Origin: Pocillopora damicornis
Lineage: Eukaryota
Direction: 5' to 3'
Assembly (NCBI RefSeq): GCF_003704095.1
Contig: NW_020846461.1
Coordinates: forward strand, 186,001-250,000
Length of the DNA: 64,000 nucleotides
The position numbers and the translations under genes were made by a program. Positions within the stretch are counted from its first letter, which is position 1, and the number at the start of each line of letters is the position of its first letter. Shown here piece by piece: positions 1 through 12,432 of this stretch. A model generated the notes under the pieces. The model saw only the letters and a list, made by a program, of their open reading frames with translations, had not been told where the DNA came from and ran no database searches.

Positions 1-132
1 AATCAAAATGTAGGTCGTGTCCTTGATCGGGAGGATGGGGCGAGGACACAGCTGCTATTTCATGCTCTAATTAAGTTTCGAAAAAAATCCAAAGAGTAAT
101 AGCTTTAGTACAATTTTGCAGGACTTAAATGT

Positions 133-284
133 NNNNNNNNNNNNNNNNNNNNNNNNNNNNNNNNNNNNNNNNNNNNNNNNNNNNNNNNNNNNNNNNNNNN
201 NNNNNNNNNNNNNNNNNNNNNNNNNNNNNNNNNNNNNNNNNNNNNNNNNNNNNNNNNNNNNNNNNNNNNNNNNNNNNNNNNNNN
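133..284. other. Assembly gap (further gaps at 2840-2935 and 4748-5169)
   Basis: Runs of N. 2840-2935 and 4748-5169 lie in modelled introns of the M13 gene; 133-284 follows the last visible donor. Confidence 0.99.
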
Positions 285-352
285 AACTAATGCAAATCAA
301 GTATTGATACACATTTTCTTCAGCAACATTGAATCAATTTGTTTAAAATTAC

Positions 353-2263
353 CATTTTATATCTTTCGGAAAATTTGTTATCGTTCCACAAATAATCAGG
401 ATATCCAACTTGATAAAGTGCTGCATCCGCCTGAGAACCAAAGTAAGAAGTAAAACGTCAACCACATAAAAATTGGAGCAACTGGAAACTTTAAAAGGCA
501 CATGCACAGGGTATGAACCCCGAGGTCTCCATTTATCTGGCCACTTTTGAAAGTAATTAACTTTCAGCATGAATATTTCATTCAAGCTTTCTGAAGGTTC
601 TTATCTGGTTATTTTACGCTTCGTTTTGACAAAATTTAGCATGGGCATAAAATCCACTTTCTTCCCTTTTGTTCACAGAAACAAAAGCCCGCTTTTGTTT
701 CTGATCCAACAATAGATACACAGGGTGTTCGCACCTGTCGTCTAAACCCTTTCACTCCCAGATCAAATTTTTAATTCTCCTTAATGTAAACCATACAATT
801 CTTATAACGTTAGTTCAGAGAATTTAGTATAAGATCAAGTAATTTTCCCCAAATTGATATTCAGTTTCTTTATTCTCATCAGTTATCTGCTTGATATTGT
901 ATTGATATTGTAAAGAGAAATTCTGTCCTGGTCACTCATGGGAGTTAAAGGGTTAATTGTCTTTATTTAAGAAACGTAAACGATCTGTTGAGAAGGTTTT
1001 AAGGAAACTCTACCTAAACGATCAGTGACGATTATTAACGACAGGTGCGGGTTCGATTGTTTCAAAAGTTCGTTTTTTTAAGACGCAGTTTACTTCTGAA
1101 TAGATCCGTCTGCACACAATCAAATCATTTTGAAAGGGATTTCCTTTTTATGATTTCATTTAATATAAATATTTTGAACTCAACATCTTTTACTGACTTT
1201 TTCTCTGACGGCTTGAACAGTTTGATTATCGATCCAGCCCACCCCTGCCACACGGTCTTTAAATGCCCGGATGATACCCTCCATCATAACTTCCACCTTG
1301 AAAAGAAAAATGGCGCGATCAGCTTTACGTAGAGGTTGTTGGAACATCTATGATAATGTAAAGTAAGGATCTTTTCACTGATAAAAAAACAACAATAAAA
1401 AAAAAATCGATAGCAGTGAGAGGATCGTGAAATGCATGTCATTCTTGCGGTTCGCCTGAATTAGCCTATCAAAGAAAAATCATCATTATAATGATAAGAA
1501 TGTCGAGAAAAAAGCCCTGTACACACTCGATTAAGAAAATGGAACAAAGAGAGGGATTCCGGTCCACTTTTATTTTTCTTTTCTTTTTTTTTAAAGTTGA
1601 TCGAGGAAGCGCAAGAAGGAAGAGTGCCAGAACGCCCTGAGGAGAGGAAAAGAGAAATTGGAGGTCTGCGTAAAGACCATGTAATTACCTGACCAATTGA
1701 GACCCTCAGTTTAGAAATAGAGAGACAGCCAAGTATGTCGAATGTAGGAAATTTTCACATTTCAGATGTCTCTTTGTAAAGGACACCCAGTTATAAGTGA
1801 CACTGTCACTGAGCTGCTGCAAGTTCCTGGCCAACACGGTGTCGACGCAATACGGACTTAATCAACTCCAAAATTTCGAAAGTTTCATGGAGTTTCAATG
1901 CAACGTTCGTATTGTTAACAAACTCTCTGAACGCTTAAAATAAACTGGTACTTTGCTATCGCCCAAAAATTCTGGATTTCTTTTCACGATATCACTACTC
2001 AATTCACCCTTTTGAAATAGGATGAAGAAACAACACTTCTTCATGTAAATAGCAGTGATACAAACAGTAAATTATCGTGCGAGATTGGTCGTGGTAACGA
2101 GAGTTGACTGCATGTGATCTAGCCATGTTACTTTCACGGTACAATGTCATGTCATATCATTTAATCTCGTTCCCAGATTTCTCTGAGCCAAAACGACAAA
2201 CAGAAAGAGGACAGAGCGCAAAAAGGACGAGAGGAACTGGGTATGACGTTGAATAAAGGGGTG

Positions 2264-2302
<39 letters not shown>

Positions 2303-5300
2303 TATAACAGGTAATTTAGTGTTAACAACTGGGTTGAAAACGTAAATTAGCCACCGTAAAGAGTAAAAAAGCTGACGTTTCGAGCGTTAGCCCTTCGTCA
2401 GAGCGATTGGGTATGACGTTGGCGAGTTTCCTACCTTCTCCTTGCTGCTCGGACCAAAAGCACTTCTGATGAACAACGCTCCAAGCATTGGGCCAAGGAT
2501 GTTGTTGGTGTAGCTAAAACAGATGTCTGCTCTGGTCTTGTTTCTTTTGCTTCCAAGAAGTTTCACTTTGAATTTTTGGTGAACCGCTCGGAATTCTTTT
2601 GAAAGGAGAGGCACGACATCCTTAATGGAGCGCCATACCATATACGTTGATAAAACACTAAGAAAAACAAAACAACATGAAGTAAATACCGCGCTGGGCT
2701 CATGACTAAGCAGAAGTTTTTAGATACTATGATATTAAGTAATTAGTCTGTGAATGTCACAAGGCTTTCTGTATTATTGCTGTCACTCTCCGCTCTATCT
2801 AGTGTCCGTCTCTTTGAAGATTGTCCGGAAGGAAAAAAANNNNNNNNNNNNNNNNNNNNNNNNNNNNNNNNNNNNNNNNNNNNNNNNNNNNNNNNNNNNN
2901 NNNNNNNNNNNNNNNNNNNNNNNNNNNNNNNNNNNCCCCCCCCCCCCCCACTGCTTAATCCCTCACAACATTTCTGTCGGTCGACCAAGTCACTAATTCG
3001 TCTCTTCCCTTGAGCCTGATCTCATCCATGGCCCCCGGCTGAAGAGACTGTACGCTAAACCCTTTACACCGTGACATCAGTATGCATATTCTCCGTACCA
3101 TTCTCTAGATATGTCCTATGATATCAACAGGGAGAATTTGTGAACATTCAAGAACTTCTTTAGTTGGTGATCATTTCCTTTATTCTCCTGATCTTAACCT
3201 TTGATTCTCCTGTGAAACTATAAAGAGAAATTTGATGCTGATCACTCCAAGGGGTTAAGTTAAGCAACGGAGAAAAACTCGAATAAGCTCACTTCTTTTT
3301 GGTCGTGCGCAGTAGATTCAACATATTCTGTAAGTAGTCATTTGCTAGCACCACTACCAAGTCGTCTTTAGTGAGATCAGGCCTTGACAACACCTTTTGC
3401 AAGTGCTTCAGCCAAGGGAACTATGAACAAAGAAGCAAGAATTTATTACTTAAAGAGAGATGCTATTTATTTTTCACCAGAATAGGAAAAATATAAAATC
3501 TGAGCTTCCTTTTGGATTTGAACCTCAGACCTTTGGATTCCGCGGTTAAATCCTCTAACAAACACTGAATTTATCAGATAAAAAAAAAAAGTAACGTATT
3601 AGGATGTTTATGTGGCGATTATAGTACAGGATGGTGGCTATGATGGGGGTACCAAGAAAATTTTTGTAGGATTTCAATTATTTCCTTATTTTATCACCTT
3701 CCTTTGTGCTGTTAAATTTGCATAACTGCTAGTGGCTCGTGCGTGAAACGCTTTATAAACAAATGTTTATGATCGACCTGATTTGGAAGACTATTATTAG
3801 ATTTGAGGCCCCCTATTTCCCCGAGGAGGTTTGTTGTTTGAGCTCTGCAGTAAAGTGAGGATCGTGAAGCTAAAAACATGGACCTGCGATCATTTCTCAG
3901 CGGCCTCTCTCTACGAAGTCATGTTGAGCCTTTGAGAGGAAGGGAGGGACCAATTTAGTGGTTTACCTCTGGAAGAGCCTCCTCCAGCTTGCCAATAGGA
4001 ATCCGTACGTATTTCTTGGAAACTTTTGGAACCCAGTACTGCAAATGAATAAGGAACTCAGTAATGCTGAATTTCTCTTAAATTTAGGAAACTTGGAAGG
4101 GCATTCTCGGCTACCAGTTTCTTACGCCTGACGGAAAACAGCCTTTACTGGCATCTTTTTTAAAAACGCATAATGTAACTTAAATTGACTCAGTAATACA
4201 ATATATGAGTTTGTCAGAAATTTTTGCTTCTCTCTAAAAATCAGATGTTCTTCTTTAAAAAAAAATGACTGGTGTATATTTGAATGTGAATTTTTTTTCA
4301 CTCACCAGTGCAAGTTTTCCCTCAAATAGAAGCAAATCCTTCATTGCTCGTTTGGAGTCTTTTTTACTGACCCCAGAAAGACTCGTGATAATTGACATGT
4401 ACTTCCATACTTCTTTTAAAACCTGAGGCAAACAACAAAAGTCAATAACCTCAAAGACACTTGAAAATAAGCGCGTGGTGTTCGTAGGTAAGATTTCTCT
4501 TAACAATCCAAAGGAGAAAGATAACCTGCAGTGCATTGCGGACACTTGAACTCAAAGTGCTAGCATCGATTTTCGGGGGATAAATGTGGAATACATTTGA
4601 CTCGAGAGATTATACTTATTTTTATGTGAGTGGTTCCGTTTTAAGTGACCGTTCAATACAGGTGGAAAACAACACAAACAGGCCGTAGGGACTTGGTCAA
4701 AGGTGAAAATTACAGTACGTAACGGGAAAAAATTGTGGGACTTTAGCNNNNNNNNNNNNNNNNNNNNNNNNNNNNNNNNNNNNNNNNNNNNNNNNNNNNN
4801 NNNNNNNNNNNNNNNNNNNNNNNNNNNNNNNNNNNNNNNNNNNNNNNNNNNNNNNNNNNNNNNNNNNNNNNNNNNNNNNNNNNNNNNNNNNNNNNNNNNN
4901 NNNNNNNNNNNNNNNNNNNNNNNNNNNNNNNNNNNNNNNNNNNNNNNNNNNNNNNNNNNNNNNNNNNNNNNNNNNNNNNNNNNNNNNNNNNNNNNNNNNN
5001 NNNNNNNNNNNNNNNNNNNNNNNNNNNNNNNNNNNNNNNNNNNNNNNNNNNNNNNNNNNNNNNNNNNNNNNNNNNNNNNNNNNNNNNNNNNNNNNNNNNN
5101 NNNNNNNNNNNNNNNNNNNNNNNNNNNNNNNNNNNNNNNNNNNNNNNNNNNNNNNNNNNNNNNNNNNNNATGAAAATTTTTATTAGCTTTGGCTTCTTAC
5201 CTTTTTGCTTGTGAAATAGATGATTTGTGGAAGGTTTAGAGTTGCCTGGTCAATCTAAAGGAAACAGGAACAAAAAACATATCGACAAAAACCGCTAATA

Positions 5301-7074
5301 CATATTTACCTTGATCCTCTTTACAATTCCTATATATAAGTTTTATGGCATTAGAAAATAACGTATTTCGACGAAGGTTACCTTTATTACAATGAATAGG
5401 CTCATGGAGATAATTGGCAAACGCGTGACATAGTCATTTGTTACTACAGAAGTCTAATGTAAAAGTGCAGAACAGGTCTCAGTAAAGAACTTGTGGCTAC
5501 TATGCTAGTCCAACGAACTCTTGTAGATGTGCCCAAACCAGTCTATAAGTTAATCTTCGTAGTGGACAATTTTTTTTAATAAAAAAATGTGTAGAAGAGC
5601 ATTCTGTGCCACCGAAATTGCGCTTGTCTAAATGGCGATCTGATCGAAGTTATATCATTTAATTGATAACCATCTCTTTGGATGACCTAATTCGAACATA
5701 ATGGTGAGGCACTAAATACTTAAGGTTCCTTTCGTCAAAGAGACCCTTATCTAAGCTGGAGCCAGGTAAATCTGAAATAACTGTGGTGTAAGGAAGTGTA
5801 CGTTAACCTCGGAGGCCAAAAATATTAACCATTCCCGCCTAGTTTTTAAGGTTTCCGGGGAAACTTGTTTTAGATTCACCCCCAGTTCAAAAGCCTATTA
5901 CATTTTTTTCCTGTTCTTAGGAAATGTCTAACGTTACACTTCTTTTCCCATTCAGTTTTTTTAAAACCAGAAGGCGCCAAAATACTTTGTTACGGTAGCA
6001 AAACAAAACAAAAAAAAAAGGCCAGAGGAAAATCTGCGATGAACTTGCGGTATGTCTCAAGTTCTCAGCCCCCTCCTAGTGGGGGTCAATTTATTTGTAT
6101 TAGGACAAAGCTCTATCACTACCTATACCAAGGCAAATAGACACACACTTAACGACTTGTCAGGGAACCCGAAAAAAGTCTGGCCCTATAATGTGCAAAT
6201 ATATTGGAATGCTCTTAACGGGGGGAGGGGGGCAAGCAGAAATATCTCTTCACCGAATAACAAGGGCAAGCGTCAGAGTTGCGATTCTCCTGGCTTTTAT
6301 ACCGTTTAACCATTAACATCAACATGCGTAGAGAAATAAATTTTCTTTCTATGTATAAATACTCACCAGAATGACATATTTTCTTTCTGCGCTTCCCTTC
6401 TTCTTGACGGGATCTTGAATAATATTTACACTGAAGAACACTTCTACGGGATAGTTCTTCTGCACATAGCCTAGCGTATCGTAGAAGCTCCACTTCTTTG
6501 CTCTCCAGTTTTTAGCTAGAGACCAAGATCCTAAGCTTTCAATGTAATCTAACAGCGGTTTATTTCCAAGATGGTCGATGGCTACCTCATTCAAGCACGA
6601 CCTGTAAAAATTCTTCACTTTCATCAGCGTTTCCGTGTTATGAGGTCCATCGGCAAGAAGATTTTGTTTCATAATTCGTTCGTTATTTTTGGACAGTTGT
6701 GTTATCCTTGAGAACTGCAGATGCCCTTTAGGAACTGGATTCTCCTTGATCCACTGACCACAAGCATACTCGTAAAAATTGTCGCAAGGGTCCACCGACG
6801 CATTGCGAACTTTTTGGATTAACTTTGAAATCGCTTTACAACTTTCTGATTGGCAGATAGGTCCAGGCATAATACTGTTTTGTTCACTTTTATCTGAACG
6901 AGCGGGTTTTGTCGCATCGATTTTTAAAGGCGAAGCGCTTCGAACAGGAATATTGTCTTTAGGCAAACTAGCGCATGAAACTAAAACGAGAAAAATAACA
7001 TTTAAAGCAAAAACCTGGATATGGTGTCCTACGATCGAGTCAACTCCTGTCCTAAATAATTTCCTTCCTTCCAT
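353..7074 (-). CDS. M13 family metallopeptidase (neprilysin / endothelin-converting-enzyme-like), N-terminal portion; continues beyond left edge
   Basis: Exons in consistent phase with GT-AG sites: 7074-6367, 5254-5201, 4422-4306, 4038-3967, 3420-3293, 2657-2435, 1296-1198, 430-353. N-terminal hydrophobic segment, then CQSESC..VDPCDNFYEYACGQW, KVKNFYRSCLNE, FPWLKHL, YMVWR, LGALFI, GWIDNQT and VGYPDY, all typical of the M13 N-domain. The HExxH domain lies outside the window. Confidence 0.9.
743..956. mobile_element. Non-autonomous piggyBac-type MITE (~200 bp); representative of about 16 copies
   Basis: Termini (T)TAACCCTTT.ACTCCC ... GGGAGTTAAAGGGTTAA with TTAA ends. Related copies at approximately 3056-3258, 13760-13945, 38574-38772, 39678-39808, 40311-40579, 42290-42487, 45943-46154, 46723-46933, 47634-47844, 49335-49544, 50939-51141, 51359-51568, 52839-53045, 53700-54396 (nested) and 62810-63022. 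Confidence 0.85.
2252..2407 (-). mobile_element. Short Penelope-like/retrozyme-type element with 14-bp flanking duplication
   Basis: Flanked by the direct repeat TGGGTATGACGTTG (2238-2251 and 2408-2421). The body GAAACTGTGGTGCTGCGTCGG... recurs as truncated copies near 23136-23240, 34720-34800, 42010-42175 and 62706-62810. Confidence 0.7.
2371..2404 (-). ncRNA. Minimal type I hammerhead ribozyme motif
   Basis: Minus strand reads GCU CUGACGA A GGGC UAAC GCUC GAAAC GUC AGC: core CUGANGA/GAAA, 4-bp stem II, loopless palindromic stem III (ACGU), GUC cleavage triplet and GCU/AGC stem I. Confidence 0.7.
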
Positions 7075-8189
7075 GTCGGCTGCAGAAGGCTGTATGTTAC
7101 AAAGTGACTTATTTTCTGATTACGACATCGGTTCCTTGATTAAAATCTTTTGAGAGGAGAAAAAGGTGAGAGGTTCTTTCGTTGCGGCTCAGTCTTCTTA
7201 GAGAGAAGACGATAGAAATACTTTTCTGTGATCTTTCTCGAGTGAGAAGTTGTTCAGGTGATTACGGAATGTGACTGGTACCTGTTTTGACAAGCGAATA
7301 TTTCGTCTTGCCACCTGTTGAGGGGTAGGAGGAAATATGTCGAGAAAAATTGCAAAAATAAATCATTGGTTGCTCAAACAATACTCTTGGTAAAAACTGA
7401 TCAAAACTGTACCTTAACAGCCAAAAAAAACAAAACAACGGAATAAAACAAGACAAAAAAAACTAAAACACTTCTCTTAACACTAAGTTCTATCGGGGCT
7501 TTTAAGTAGGATATAAACGGATGGGTTCATGTCCCAGGGAATTTTATATTGGGGGATGGAGAGAAGGGGGTTTTCTGGAAGATTTTGTGTCAAGAGAATT
7601 TTATATGTTTGTGAGTATGTTTGATGTGAGGTGGAATAAAGTGGACTTGTGACCTATTTTTGAGTCAGTGTGAGTTAATGACCTAAAAAGTTTAAAAAAG
7701 GGAATTTTTTAAAAGCCTTACATCATACTTAAGTATAATAATGCTAATTAATGGCCTGAAATTGTTTAAAAAAGTAGAGTTTGGTCCCGTTGAAGAAAAA
7801 CAATGATGGTGAATGTAATTAACTGTTTAAAATGCGCAATATTTTGATTTGTTGTGTTGCCTTTGAAAACGCATAGTTAGACGTTAATCGATATGAAAAT
7901 TTTGTAAAAAAAAAAAGAAAAAGAACACCATCCTCAGTCACAACACTAATCATAACATTACAATTTAAAGGTTGATGTGTAAATGGTTGGTTTTCATTCA
8001 ATACATCAATTTAAAGGACTAAGAGTACATTATTTCAACTTTCTATTTTATAAAGACATTTTTCACAGCCATGTAGAAGATAGTAGTAGTCTTCTTTCAC
8101 AGGAGACAGAAAATGGGACAGAAAATGGTCTTGAAGATTAGGTAGCTAAATCAAAAGAGCTTTATATAAAATAATTCTAGTATAAAAGC

Positions 8190-8261
8190 AGCCCTGTAGG
8201 AGGATCGAACTCCCGACCCCTGGTTTACGAGACCAGTGCTCTGCCACTGAGCTAACAGGGC
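8190..8261 (-). tRNA. tRNA-Thr(CGT)
   Basis: GCCCTGT TA GCTCAGTGGCAGAGC A CTGGT CTCGTAA ACCAG GGGTC GGGAG TTCGATC CTCCT ACAGGGC T. Intact cloverleaf, A and B boxes, and a downstream TTTT Pol III terminator. Confidence 0.95.
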
Positions 8262-8888
8262 TACGCGATAGAAGTTTTCATTTCATTAGAGATATATACT
8301 TTTGGTCGCCAAGTGCTTCATCATCATTGCATTTTAAATTTTGAATAAAATTTTGAAAAAAAAAAAAACACAAATAAAGTTCCACTTCTTCATAGCAGAA
8401 TATGAATGGCTCTCGAAACATCATGGATCAAAGGCATCAGACTACTTTAAGCGGCTTATAAATTACATTTAACATCTTATTCTACAGGAACTTCTTTTCA
8501 TTAATAACATTTTAATCTATTTAATAGTCTAGATATATATTTTGAGTATGCTTCTATCTTTTAATTTTCCAAAAGTAAACATTTGAACCACGCGGTTACG
8601 CATTCCTGCTAAAAAGTTCCCGTTTCTTTGGAAATGACTGACAACAGCTTATGCAAAATTTCAAAGGCTTGCAAAACAACACAACCATCATTGGTCGACG
8701 AAAGAACCATTTCCGATTCCACGTTCAATTGCAAGTGATTTTGACTTGCCAAGGGTCACCCTTGTAACAAAGGAATAATCACCGTATTTGGGAAGATCAA
8801 AAAGTTGGAGCGTTTATTCTCACGATCTTTCACATAGTGTAAAATCTCACGGAAAACACTTGTCGAATATTTCGTGATTTTTGAAACA

Positions 8889-11800
8889 ATGAGATCTTCA
8901 AGTATGAGAAATGTGCTCCGACTTCTGGATCATATCGGCAGCGTTCTCTCCGTTCTGGCTTTAGTGTTGATTTACAACCATGTCACAAAGAAGCACGAGA
9001 TAGGCGAGTTGAAAAGATTACAGAACCTATGGCAGAAAGAGGTTTCAACAAAATCTTCGGCACCACAAGATGACAATAAGAAAATTATGGGAAAAATAGC
9101 AGTTCAAGTTTGGTCAAACGTTTGTGGCGGAAAATTGTCAAATTTGCTTAACTCTCCTTTCTTTCCACGGTTTTTCGACGAGTTATACTTCATTTCAAAC
9201 ACGAGGATTCAGTTAAATCGAAGCAACTATGGCCAGCGTGCATTCGGTTATTTACATCCACCAGAGACCGGTTATTACAAGTTTGTCCTATATTCCGATG
9301 ATGGATCAGAATTCTGGTTTGGTGCAAATGAAAGCTTGGCGAGTTTGAAACTTGCCGCGAGCGTGGCCATGCGTGACCACGTAGGAAGCGCTCCTGTCGG
9401 CGAAATTCGCTTCGATTCACAGATTTCCGATGATTTTCTGCTCGAAAGGGGAAATAAATACCCCCTGGAGATTATTCATCTTCAAGGCACCGACGCTGAT
9501 TTTGTGGAATTGCACTGGATTCGACCTGGGAAACATTATTTGGAGGTCATAACATCGGAGTACATCTCGCATTCTGCAGAATTGCGCCTCGTATCTCAAA
9601 TTGAGTTTTCGAAGGCTTCATCGGATAGCCAATTAAAAGTTACAAAGCCTTATCTCGTCTCGTTCCTCACGGACAGTACTGTGGAACGCACGCTTCCCAC
9701 GTGCAGCTATACGCTTCCAACCGCGACTATGCCGAATATACCCCGTTTCCATGGATACAAAGCTATTCAAGAAATAATCAGAGTAACTAATAATGACCGG
9801 AAATGGCAGGATAACGTGGAAGCAAAGTTGGTGGTAAATCTTTTTATGGCAGGACTCGAAAAAGTATTCCCAAAGTAAGTCTGTATCTTGCAAACCCTCA
9901 AACGATAATTTAATTTCGTAACAGTACCTCAGTCAATAAGTCAGTTGGTCAGTCGGCGGGCCAGTCAATAAGCCAGTCAGTCAATTAATAGGCAGTGAGT
10001 CAGCGAGTCAGTCAGTGAGTCAGTCAGTCAAGAATCATTGAGACAGTAAGTCGGTGATTCAGTCAGTGAGTCAATGAGTCAGTCAGTCAGTCAATAATCG
10101 ACGAGTGAGTGAGTGAACGAGTGAGTCAGTCAATAGTCAGTGAGAGTGAGTCAGTGAGTCGGTGAGTCAGTGAGTCAGTGAGGCAGTGAGTCAGTGAGTC
10201 AATCAATGGTCAAAGAGTTAGTGAGTCAGTCAATCAGTCAGTCAATAGTCAGTGAGTCAGTGAGTCAGTCAATCAGTCAATCAATAGTCAGTCAGTCAGT
10301 CGATCAATAGTCAGCGAGTCAGTCACTCAGTCAATCAATAGTCAGTGAGTCAGTGAGCAAGTAAGTCTGGAACTCACCCAATCAATAGTCAGTCAATTAC
10401 TGAGTTAGTCAATCAGTCAATCAATAGTCAGTGAGTCAGTGAGTCAGTCAGTCAATCAGTCAATCAATGGTCAGTGAGTCAGTGAGCAAGTGAGTGAGTG
10501 AGTCAGTAAGTCAGCCAATTAATCAGTCAATCAGTGGTGAGTCATTCAGGGGGTCAGTGGATGGGTTGGTGGCTCTTCCACTTATTCATTCATGCATTCC
10601 CGAATTAAGTCACTCATTCAGTGAGGAAGTCATTCATTCTCTTATTCAGACAGTCAGTCATTCTTTCATCCATTAAGCCAATCAGTCGGTAACCTACTCG
10701 GACTGTCAACCTGTCTTTCAGTCTAATATCAGGCATCAGTAAGAAAAAATACATATGTGCTCTTAATATGGACAAGAAAAAAAAGGGTCCGCTGGACCTC
10801 ATTCTCTTTTGATAGAGAAAGGAACATAAGAACTTAAAAAATGACTAAAATTACAATAACTAGAGTTTTCTCGGCAATTTTTTTTTAATCATTCTCCAGA
10901 AAGTACCTCGTCGAGAGAGTTCTTACCCTCGAGCGTATGGCAACAAAACAAGAGAACAACGCTGTTCTTTATTTTCTTGAGATAGAATTAAGCTGTGATG
11001 CTTTAGATTACACAGAAAGAGTCGCAGAGTATGTCTATTTACAAAAGAACGAAGTTGGTAAAAACTCACAAGAGAAGAACGTGCAACTTTGTTATCCGAG
11101 GGATCTGGGCTGGAAGAAGGAAATTTCAGTTCATTTGATTATTGCCGTTGATCGTGAAGGTCAACGGCTGCATCGTTTTATTAAAAGAGTGGAACAAATT
11201 GTGCGAGAGAGCTTAGAGGTTGATTTTCAGTTGGTGATTGTTCACTCTGGAAAATCGGGCTTAGACGTCGAAAGGACTTTGCAAGCCACTTCGTTGCAGA
11301 AGTACAAGGTTGAAAAATTGAACGGGGAGTTCTCTTTGATGCGCGCCATTAATTCTGGAGTAGGACTGGTGCGGAGTTCACAGAGTATTGTTCTAACTAG
11401 TGACGTTCATACGGATTTGCCAGCGGATATTTTTGAAAATTGTCGAAAGGTAAGCTCTAGAATGATGAAGCTCATTCTGTTGATTATTGTTAAATTGATC
11501 TAAATGTTATTTGCTCCTTTGGGTCACAGCACTGCATAGAAGGGAAGATGATATTTGCACCAGTCCTTTTCGGCTTGAACTGTGGGGCGTATCCTGCTGA
11601 ACCGCATGGATCATGGGATGACCAGGGTTACCAAACGATCGGCATTTACAAGAGCGACTGGGATCGGCTTGGAGGTTAGGAAGTTTTTTTTTTTCCATAC
11701 TGTTTTTGATAAATTTTCAAAACAGTGCTAAGGGTACTCGGAGTTTCATTGGTTATGTTTGACACGCTTTCCAATTTTTTAGAAAACTGGGGCTTTCCTC

Positions 11801-12208
11801 CCAGCAATCGGGTGTAAAACTGAAGCTTCTCGTGCCTTGGTCATTCGAATTTTTCGATGCGTCATGCAATTTCCTTTTTTAACTCCGTGCTCTCATTAAT
11901 TCCTTTCTTATTGGGCATTGTCGTTTGATTTTGTGACAATTAAAATGCGCCTTAGCTCTTTTTCTCTACCACATGGCGAATTCATCTTAGAAAATCGAAA
12001 CTGCAGCAGTTGATCTTTTCATCCCTCATTCTCTTTTTTCACAATCCTCTACCATTTCATAGGAATGGATAAAGGAACAGCAGATCATTCAGCCACCCGG
12101 GACCTAATGGATCGCATTTTATCCAGCGGTTTGCACGTGGCACGTTTGAAGACTGAAAATCTGTTTCGCTTGTTTTATCCCAAGCCACGTGATTTAAACG
12201 TAACATAG
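8889..12208 (+). CDS. Beta-1,4-N-acetylgalactosaminyltransferase 3/4-like protein (type II TM + PA14 + GT7 domain); catalytic motif degenerate
   Basis: Exons 8889-9874, 10900-11449, 11530-11674, 12063-12208. TM VLSVLALVLIY. PA14 motif NYGQRAFGYLHPPETGYYKFVLYSDDGSEFW. GT7 segment RKHCIEGKMIFAPV..LNCG..GSW..GYQTIGIYKSDWDRLGGM closely parallels vertebrate B4GALNT3/4. Confidence 0.9.
9929..10700. repeat. Degenerate tetranucleotide-derived satellite (CAGT/GAGT/CAAT)n in intron 1
   Basis: About 770 bp of agtc/agtgagtc/aatc units. Confidence 0.95.
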
Positions 12209-12432
12209 CTTGTCAATTTTATAAAAGAGAAAGTCGATTGAGGACAAAAACGACTTTACAGCAATAAAAATGCTATAAATGGACATTAAGTAAACAAGAG
12301 AGAATTCTGTCACTCGCTTTCGTAAAAAGGACAAAAATATTATTTCGTTCTAATTCTTTTGTAAGCCTAATTTTACAGTGATAATACCAAGATCTGTGTT
12401 CAAGGATTACCAGATATAAATTCATGTTCGAC

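Noticed and set aside
1013-1109. Additional M13 exon with plausible splice sites
   Set aside because: In-frame stop; the 1198-to-430 splice already gives the expected sequence.
67-5173. ORFs made of X runs (67-312, 116-307, 2743-3013, 4703-5173)
   Set aside because: Artifacts of N gaps.
9929-10700. CRISPR-like or coding repeat (ORF 10494-10676)
   Set aside because: Simple tetranucleotide satellite inside a spliceosomal intron; no repeat-spacer structure and a eukaryotic context.
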